DNA of 59,393 nucleotides, counting the filler, from Platydemus manokwari (lineage: Eukaryota), in assembly GCA_037951405.1 (NCBI GenBank). It is 5 parts of 5 records of this genome, joined end to end, with 100 filler letters (N's around TTAATTAATTAA, not from the genome) between each part and the next. Parts side by side here need not be neighbours in the genome. Positions count along the whole stretch, not along the records: positions 50,018 to 59,393 come from JBBMOY011240985.1; 4 more parts are not named here. The stretch is one strand, 5' to 3'. A program made the position numbers and the translations under genes. The first letter of the stretch is position 1, and the number at the start of each line of letters is the position of its first letter. A model generated the notes under the pieces. The model made no database searches, had not been told where the DNA came from, and saw nothing but the letters and a program-made list of their open reading frames with translations. Positions 50,018 through 59,393 of this stretch are shown piece after piece.

Positions 50018-53000
50018 TTAAAACAAGAAATATAGAAGATATAAAGAAGAGAAAAGATAAATGGAATATATAAAAAAATATCAGAGTCGATGATAAGATA
50101 GCAGATAAAGAAAATTTTGAAGACGTTGAAAAAATAAAAGATTTAGATAAAATAGTAGAACAGAGAAGGAATAGATATGGAGAATACAAATAAAAAAAAG
50201 AGAATTTGACATAAATAAATCATTTATAAATAGAACTGGGCCTCAAGAGATGTGAAGAAAATAATATTCGATATCAGCAATTTAATTTATTCATAAAATA
50301 TGCAAAATGTTTATAAAATTATTCGGATATGGGTTTTCAGTGGTTCAGTTACGATTATTGATTTGATGATTATGAACAGGTTTTTCTACTTTCAAATCAT
50401 TTGAATAAAAGGGAAAGTTAGAAATGCTAAACATCATGCTTGTAAATTTATGATCTAAACGTAGAGGACAATTTTTTACTTTTGTTTTTATTTAGAATTG
50501 TGAAACCAGTTTTGAATTTATTGGTGAAGTTTTTCAAAACTATATTTTCAATCAGAATAATTTATTAGGAATCGAATTATTAATAATTCATTTCATTCGA
50601 GGACAATTTTTAATTCGATTCTCAAAAATATCATATTTGATTTTCTTAGATTCCGTTAAATCTTTATTCATCGTAAATTCGATAACATTTATAAATAAAT
50701 AAATAAACCCATCCATATATGGAATAGTTATTATAAAATTAATCACGGTATTGTGATTAACACAGAGATCGAAATATTTATAAACTGAAAAAATTCTTTT
50801 CGTTTTAACAGATGGAATGATAAAACCAGAGTAAAATTGTGGTACTTTTGGATTTAAAGGAGCGCCGGGGACTCCAGGTATAGATTTAAATTATATTTGT
50901 TACTGACAAGCCACTGAGACTTTTGCTCTGTTTATAAGAGAAATTTAATAAATAAATTATTTAAATTTACTTGTTATTAAAAGGTGTGGTGTTAGTTTCG
51001 AGAATAAATTCATAAAGCAAACATAGACAAATAATTTTATTTCGTCCAATGAACTATTAGTGAAAATATATGTCAACAGCTGGCTGATTAATCATTGAAT
51101 AACAATATCGATTTTGATTAGTCATCTAATGAGTCAACAGCTGCTGAAAGAAATCATATCGGTTCACTCATAAATATTGATAATTATCATTATATACCAT
51201 TGATTACAACCAGAAATTTATTGGATATTTTATAAAATATAAATGATAAAGATTGAAACAAAATTATTGTTGTTATAATCAATTCAACAGAATTCACTAT
51301 TGATATTATTGATCATGCTCGTTAAATTTTTATCATTTTTCATTCGAATCGATTTAAATTTATATTTCAGTCGGGGAATTATTTTCCAATATCGATCGAT
51401 TAGAAAGATGCGATGTCTTGTTATAAATTGTGTAATATTTTGACATTTTTTATAACTAAACAACAAATGCACAATGTAATCAAGTAACCATGGCGACAGT
51501 GTGAAAATTTATCTAACAGATAGATTATTTCTCATGAATCGATTCCAATGATAGAATTTATTACCGATCTATCAAACAACCAATTATCACTTCAAATTCA
51601 GTGAACCATGAACCACAAATAGACTTTAGTTACTCTTCGACAATGATAAATGCCACCACCCATGCAGTTAAATCACCCTCAATTATTTATGACCGCTCTT
51701 CATCAATTGGCATTCGGGATATATTATTATTATATTTGTATTCAATTTAATCCCCATTTAATAATGTTATTGTTAATAAAATAGTAATTATTTTTATTTT
51801 TATTATTACTATTAACATGATGGTAATGACAATATCGATAATAATAATTACTATATTATAAAAAGGTAATAATTATAAAAAATATCAATAATAATATTAA
51901 TACTAAAGATAATAATGATAATTGTTGACCCGCTATTATTATTTGAAATATGAATTGAATATTAAAATCGAATTTAAGAAAATCATTACCAAAAATATAT
52001 TAAATCAAAGTCTTCAAATACATTAAATAGATTATTTATTGGCTTTAATATAAATATATTTGTCTCTGTTTGGGGCTGTCAACAATTTAAAAGAGAATAA
52101 TTTGATAATCGCTGTACATCAATGCGAGAAAGTATTTTTTATGAAATAATATTGAATATTTCAATGTAAATTCTGGAGGTTTGGCGGTAGATATAAATAA
52201 AATACAATATAAACTAAATACAAAATAAACTGACGGAACCAGTCCATCGAATATTTATAATATCGATCAAAATAATATAGATACAGTACATATATATGAC
52301 TCGTATATCAAAAACATAATAAAAAATTTTCAACAGTATAAAATTAGTTAGTGGTCAACAGTAAGATTTCATGAAAATAAATCAGTAACCATTATGAACC
52401 CATGTTGCCAGGGGAACATTAGACGGAAGCATAGTGATTTGATTTAAAATCATCATGGAAATGTTTGGAATTGCTTTAGAAAATGGAAAAGGATTAATAA
52501 CTCTTACATACGCCTACAATCTGAATCAGTATAAAATCAATGAGCAATCGTATGCAAAAAATTTCTCATATTTAGCGTTGCTCAGATGTATGTGATTTAA
52601 ATTTACATATTCGCAATTTATCAGTGTTACTTTCAATGGGACCATTGTAACTCAGTCAGGATCAAATTACATTTAATAATGGAATCTTCATTAATTTCAA
52701 ATTTAATTACGATGGTTTCTATTATTATTGATATTATTGTCAGGTAATTCTCATCAATCCCTGAAAGAGGATAAGTTGAGAAATATCAGACTCGGCCTCC
52801 ACAAAATCTGATTTTAATTATTTGGAGTTTAAAATCATTTACTTCTTTAGTTTTTACACTCAAGTAGGGCGCCATTTATTACCCTCCATCGATTTTTTTC
52901 TCTTGTGATCACAACACTGCTTCTTTAAAAATCGCGCATTACACATTTGTTAATGATTGTTATAATCAATAGCGGTATTATATTGTTATTTATTCATATT

Positions 53001-54960
53001 AGTAGCACGTACCTAATTATTACTTAGTTGTCAGATCCTTTGTAGAAACATCAATTATCGGCTTCTAACTACTTATAATTTATTGTTTAAATCGTCGGGA
53101 ATAACTTGTCTATTTAAATCTATCAGAATCACCAAATTGAATTCCATAATCAATAATATTTGGAAAAATCCATTGAAATTTTTCCGTCTACTAAAATTAG
53201 CCATGAAATAATATTAACAAATAACCTGTTTAGTATTATTGCTCAATACATGAAATAATCAGCCAGAATGAATTTAATCTCAAAATAGAATAATCATCGA
53301 TTAAATTTAATGGATATCTACGACTGACTCATCACTCCCCATATTATAATAAGAATATCAATTCTCATATTAATACATTGGCATGTTCCATTTATTTCTG
53401 TGATCATAGCAATGGACTCATTGTACAGACTTGTATCCTTTTATTACTCATGATTCGATATTGAAATTCTTATCACAGAATTGTCATAAAAATTTCTTCT
53501 GAGATTATTTCTTTTTGGAAAACAATATTACGAATAGTTTTAAAGAGAAATGACCAGCTTCACATAAACAAATGAAGCTAGGGGACAATACAATCATATA
53601 ACTATCTATTACATTTCATTTTCAAGCATTAGATTCATACATAAGCAGAATAAGTAACACTGAATTTCCAGCACATGATTTTCATCTACAACGTAATTCA
53701 TTTTGAGAAGAATTTAAAATGATGAATAGTAGCGGCTTACAAATATTAACACCGGCATTTAAGGTGTCGAATGAATTATTTATGACGAAGACGTTATATT
53801 TTGATATATCGTCTCATTATTGGTTATGAAATCTCACTTACATCATTGAAGGTTTATTAGTTAAGTGATAACTGACAACAAAATAATTATGCAATAATAT
53901 GTCCACCTGTAAACAATCAAGCATACATACACATATGATGACGATCTATTTATTAGCTTGAGAATCATAATAAATGTCATTCTAAAACTCATAATCATGC
54001 TAGTGAAAATGGAGATTGTTAGAAAACGACGAATGAATCTGTTTGAAGAATTGAGTGATTAAGTTTTGTAATGATTTATGAGCTGTCCTGGAGCAAAATG
54101 AATCTTTATGATTAGATATGTGAATTTTATTAGTCTTCTATTGATCTCTGTCAATAGCAACGAAATCCACGTGTCAACTCAAGCGAATATTTTCCCTTTA
54201 TAATCTAAAATTAATCGTCTTGATGTATGCCAGTTTGTAAAATCTAGTCAACACTATACTTGATAAAGAAATTATTTTAAAAAAATTCTAATTTCATGTT
54301 TAAAAACTTTCAAAGTGAAAATTTTTACTCGACCTAATTCTAACTAGCAACCTAATGCTACCAGTCGTCGCCAAATTTTCGAAATAATCGCAGTACAGCT
54401 AATTTTATTGTTTATTAACTAACAGATATCAGTTTCTGTTGTTTAGGAATACTGATTTCAGTCTCCCTTTAACAGCTGTTATTCATTCAGTGAATGAATA
54501 ACGTTATTAAGTGAGTTTGATGAAATAGAAAACAAAGTTTAATGGTTAGCAACACAGATGGGACTTTTTCTCAGATCTTATTTTCATCAGTTTTCAGTTC
54601 ATTTTTCTCTGCAATAATGTGAGGAAAATATTAAATATTTTAGTGATATATTAGTAATAGACATCAAATACAGTACTTAATTAAAGATATGCAAATGTTT
54701 ATTAGCCCAGTTGTACTCTTTATTAACTATCAATTTCCACTTGGAAGTCGATATCATTAACAGTTTCTGATTTCTTTTATACTCAAATGAAGTACAAAAT
54801 TTAGTATATTAATCTTGAGGAAATGGCGTATTTTATTACCATCATACGATACACATATAAATACAAGCCGTATGGAAATTCATTTCTGAATCAAGTCATC
54901 ATTTATAAAGTCATCTCTATATTAGAGAATTTGAACAAATATATGGAAACCTAGCACCGT

Positions 54961-55602
54961 ATACTGATTAAAATCATTGCTATCAAAATATTTTTCAAAT
55001 TCGTTGTAGAATCTCATATGTTGAACAATAATTTTAGAAAGATGGTGGGAAATCCCTCACCTAGGCTTTATTTGATAAGATAAATATCGCTTTTTGCTGT
55101 AATTTCTGAAACTGGTTGAGAAATGCGTATACAAATCCATGGGTATCGGTAGCACCGAATATTGGGACTTTCCTGTTATTTTTTGATTTTTTAATTTTTT
55201 GCGTTAGATGAGTTAATGAGCGAGAAGACCGTTCGAAGCCCCTGTAATTCTATTGGATGAATTGGCAGATCGGTGAAATTTTGAACACAGTTGCTGGAAT
55301 CATATATTGAGTTCATAATGCCTGGTCGTCATATAAATTGTTTGGGAAATTCTAAGTCGGAGAATGTGGTTGAGAAATTTGAGTTTGGATCTGAGTGTAT
55401 TGTGATGGATTGTTTTTTTTGGAATTGCAAAGTTGTGAATGAACTTATCAGGAGCTTTTTTTAAGTTTGTGTTGGCGGGACGCATTTGTTGAAGTTGATA
55501 TTTGCGAGTATATCTTTATCCATATACTGATTAAAATCATAACTATTAAAAGAATTTTCAAATTGGTTGTTGGATCGCATATGCTGAACAATAATTTTAG
55601 AG
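54961..55602. repeat. Diverged direct repeat of about 80 bp (54961-55040 and 55524-55602)
   Basis: atactgattaaaatcat...ttttcaaatt.gttgt..atc.catatg.tgaacaataattttaga occurs twice, offset by 563 bp. Confidence 0.85.
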
Positions 55603-56871
55603 AAACTCTTCACTAATCTGGCCTATCAAAAAAGTCCATGAAAAGACATCCAGATATTGAACTGTGATATGGGAAATAAAATACATGCGGATAGATTTAG
55701 GCTCGAATCCAGTAATTTGTAAATTGTTGTATTCTTAAAAACAATATTATAACGGGTTTGTGAGTAATAACTTGTTACAATCATTTCAAATTATTGATTT
55801 GATTCGATAAGTTCAAAATTGTCCTAGCATCAAAAGCACCAATGTTATTAATAATCATATTATTTTAAATATAATGTAATAAAACATGTTAATTGCCGGA
55901 ATGATGTCAAGGTTATTTGGAGTCCTACATAAAGGAAATGTGGGACATTTGGAGAAATGATTTATATGACTATTAAGGACTGGCTTCAGATGAAAATCCA
56001 AACTCCAAAAAAACAATTCAATACATATAAGCGGCAATATATAACTTATATTATTCGCAATTTTATCTTTCTATGTCTCTCTATCATTCATTAATCTTGT
56101 TATTGTCAAATTCCCAAAAGCTTTAGATGTATATCTATTTTATTTATGGAGAAGATGTCAATAAAATTAGAAAGTAAATAAATCGAGATTAATTTTTATT
56201 ACATGGTTATCAAAAAATAAAATAATAATAATAAAACATTTTATAGCATTATAAACAATCAAATAAAATAACGATTCTAATTTATTGGTAACATTCTTAA
56301 CATTCTTGAAAAATATGACGTCATCAATGGAGGTACGATTTTAACAAGCGCTTAATAGAAATATATAAAGAAGATATTAGGAAGACATATAAGGAAGTTG
56401 TAGAGAAAATATAAAGGAACTTAAAATATAAATCAATAGACACAGTGGATTGTGGTTACCGTGATATTTGATAATGTGACACACATAATAAAAAATTTAT
56501 TTTCGGAAACTACTAACAATAGATAACTCAGAACATTCACCTTCAAGTAGTTTGATTATAATTATTAAATTACTTACAAAACTGTAATCCGCTAATTTTT
56601 TATTGAAAAAACCACGACATCAAATTATGTATTTGAATCTACAATTATTTAAACAAATTATTATAATTTTATAGAAAATCAAATTTTATAGAAAATTCTG
56701 TATTTAAAAAATTTAATTCAATTCAAAATGTTCGCATTATCTTTTTTAAAAATCGTTGATTTTCTTTGTATTCTTAATTGTCAATACTCTACATATTTAC
56801 TACATAAAAATCTCTAATTCTTCTATCTTTTTATATCTTCTCTAAATCTTATTTATATTTTTTTACATCTA

Positions 56872-57623
56872 CCGTAATCATCCAAGTATAATGCTGATCT
56901 TTTTTGACATACCCAAGTATTACGCTCCCCTAAGTTTTCATCCATATTGCCAATCTGTGAGATTTCAAAGTCATGCAGTTTTTTTTTATCTAACACATAG
57001 GAGTGAAACGAAATTACTTTGTTATCAAGGTCTGAAGGTAACTTTTGAGCGATTTTTGTCTTCTGCCTTAGGCTTAGGCCATTTCTCTTCATGAACCTGT
57101 GAACCCAATTTTGAGAAGCCTTGAAACTTGGATCTCTCTTCCTTTTCAGAGCCTCTAGCTGGATATGAAGCATCGTGACAATGTAGCCATTGCATATCTG
57201 GTCGGTTACCTACTCCATGAGCTCTTTTTCCAAGTCCGGGCTGGAAAGCCCCTGCAAGCTTTTTTATTTTTTGGCAGCTCAATAAGACATTCTTTCTGCT
57301 TTCTCCACAACCTGATTTTTGTCTGCGGAATTGTGAATTCTCTGGTAGCAGCCCAGTTTCCATTTGCTTCTGCAAAGTTTATGACTTTAAGCTTGAAGGA
57401 AGATTTATAACAAGATCTCTTTCTTTTAAATTCTGGGGTGTCAGTCGTGCTTGTTGGGGGATCAGAATGATTGTCGTTTAAAAATTATTAATAAGCATAC
57501 TTATCTTATTACACAATCATTACATAACTTGATCTTTCTTACATACTCAAGTATAACACTCCCCCCATTTTTAATGTTGAAATTTGAGACGAAAATGGGA
57601 GCATTATACTTGGGTGATTACGG
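56872..57623 (-). mobile_element. Non-autonomous pogo-superfamily (POGK/Passer-like) DNA transposon, 752 bp, internally deleted
   Basis: 23-bp TIRs: ccgtaatcatccaagtataatgc (56872-56894) and gcattatacttgggtgattacgg (57601-57623), one mismatch. TA flanks both ends (56870-71, 57624-25). It encodes a Brinker-like DBD (YKSSFKLKVINFAE...AATREF...IRLWRKQK), a CENP-B/Tc5 HTH (FKASQNWVHRFMKRNGLSLRQKTKIAQKLP) and the first DDE motif GNMDE, with a frameshift and a stop. Confidence 0.95.
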
Positions 57624-58205
57624 TAAATCTTTATGTGAGTCGCTGAATTTTTAGTTATTTCAATTTTGATAAAAAATAATTATCAAAAAAAAGTTTAGAA
57701 AATTACTCAATCGATTATTTTATTTGAAATAATATTTTTATTTATTTTTGAAGAAGAGAAATCATGTGTACTCCTCCGTACTTATTTATGAGTTTTTATT
57801 ATGAATTGGGTTAACTGATTATTTGTTTTCCTCACCAGACTTTGAGCTTAGGGATTTATTGGATTGTTAAAGTGAATTTTTTATTTAATTTTAAAAAACT
57901 TTTATTTCACAAAATTCCATCAGTATTAATTTTAATAACAAATTTCTCCCAGTCTCGAGTTCTGATTTTCATATATCAGTATCGAGACATCAATTTTATC
58001 GGAAAATATTCCCAATGCATTGATAAAACATTAAAACTTAGACTTGCTAAGAAATTGTAGAAAACGTGATCGATATTTGTAATTATTTGATATTTGCATT
58101 TAATCATTAAATGTCAATTTTGATAAGTGAATAATTTTTTCTTTAATTTTCTGAATTATTATTATTATTATTAATATTTAATTTTAATATAATTATTTAT
58201 GTTAG

Positions 58206-58323
58206 GTTGTTGAAGATCGGATTTTGGATTGGCAATCTGCCGACAATTATTGTCACGAAATGATAGCTAGTAATTATCGTAAAACCGCTTATCTAGCAAG
58301 TATTGAATCAACATATGATAACT
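58206..58323 (+). CDS. Internal exon encoding the N-terminal half of a C-type lectin-like domain
   Basis: Acceptor tatgttAG and donor gttagt bound VVEDRILDWQSADNYCHEMIASNYRKTAYLASIESTYDN, matching the CTLD pattern W..A...C...(A)xLASIxSxx(E/D)N. Flanking exons were not identified. Confidence 0.75.
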
Positions 58324-59393
58324 GTTAGTTATAGTTCTTTCAGTAATTTATTTTGTAATAGTAATAGATATTATTATTAATATTAATATTATTATAATGG
58401 TTCAAATTTTAAAGGCACGTGCTGACAGTGATTATAAAATTTTATTTAGAATTTGAAATAAAATATTTACAAAACATTATTTATAAAAACTGTTCTTAAA
58501 ATATTAGCATTGTAATGTGAACATTATTTTGTAGAAGAATTGTTGTAACGTTAATTTTATTCTATATCACGTTGTCCATTGTCACGTTATTGGACAATAA
58601 AACATGGATGAATCATAAACAATGAAAAAGATATGTATGTGGCTTTAATTGTTTGAATTCTATTCGATATAAACCCACGAAATATCAACAACCATGGAAG
58701 ATAAACCTGGTTGTGCTGATAAAAAATTGTGAAATTTTCCAAGGTACTCGTAAAAAGAAAACATATATGAGGTTACTCATCATTACATGAACAAGTTGAT
58801 ACTGAATTAAATCAATTTTCACGCATTGGAAAACAAATTACTTGCTGAAATAGATTCGTACGATTTAGAAATTTCATAAATGAAAATGGAAATGTCCAAG
58901 ACCGGTGGAATCAAATCTAATAACCCAAATAATGTTTCAATTAAAATTTCAAATGATTAGTCTTTATGATAATTAGCGGTACCCCACCCCACCCCCCCCC
59001 GATCATAATATGAAAATCTAAGCATAAATAATTAAATTTATGAATCAACTCTTAATCCAAGATGTTTTGAATGATTTTTTTTTAAAAATACTTGGAAGGA
59101 AAAGATTTTATTGATAGATGGTGGTTAATAAATCTCCTATTTTATTTTCAAAATTGAATTGTACAGTTTATGTTTTATTTTTATATTGATAACATGATTT
59201 TTATGTTTTCGGTAACAACATTACGTTGCATTTTAAATATTCTTTATTCAAATAGTGAAAGAATAAAATGTTATATTTGCCAACATATGGAAATTGTAAG
59301 CCGCTATTATTTTAAAAACCGCACATTAAAAACGAACTGAAAAGTCACTACACCAATTATAAATTTCAATACGATTATTTAAACAAATTATTA

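Noticed and set aside
55283-55302. tgaacacagttgctggaatc similar to miR-317
   Set aside because: Several mismatches and no complementary arm to form a precursor hairpin.

Overview
AT-rich, intron-containing animal (probably invertebrate) genomic scaffold. Five contigs are joined by four artificial 100-bp linkers (44 N + TTAATTAATTAA + 44 N). By hand-splicing I reconstruct two genes: a 5'-incomplete PHACTR gene (+, 7 exons, 11804-19693) and a complete 7-exon, 353-aa MPPE1/PGAP5/Cdc1-Ted1-family metallophosphoesterase (-, 23729-26540) that requires a GC-AG intron. Three isolated exons are also visible. One is the first coding exon of a Tbx2/omb-class T-box gene (39928-40433), whose remaining exons I could not find. 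One is a C-type lectin domain exon (58206-58323). One is a candidate terminal exon carrying a TTP/TIS11-like RLPIF motif (-, 1320-1482). The rest is non-coding DNA with decayed transposons: an RLE-type non-LTR RT, three Ty3/gypsy pol fragments, a rosa-like Tc1/mariner, a 752-bp internally deleted pogo element with intact TIRs and TA target duplication, and a possible env-like relic. I see no tRNA, rRNA or CRISPR. I found no clearly supported novel system. The best leads are the PHACTR with a disrupted RPEL, the atypical phosphoesterase, the orphan T-box and TTP-like exons, a possible collagen microexon upstream of the lectin exon, and the env-like relic. All translations and family assignments were made by eye; no database searches were run.
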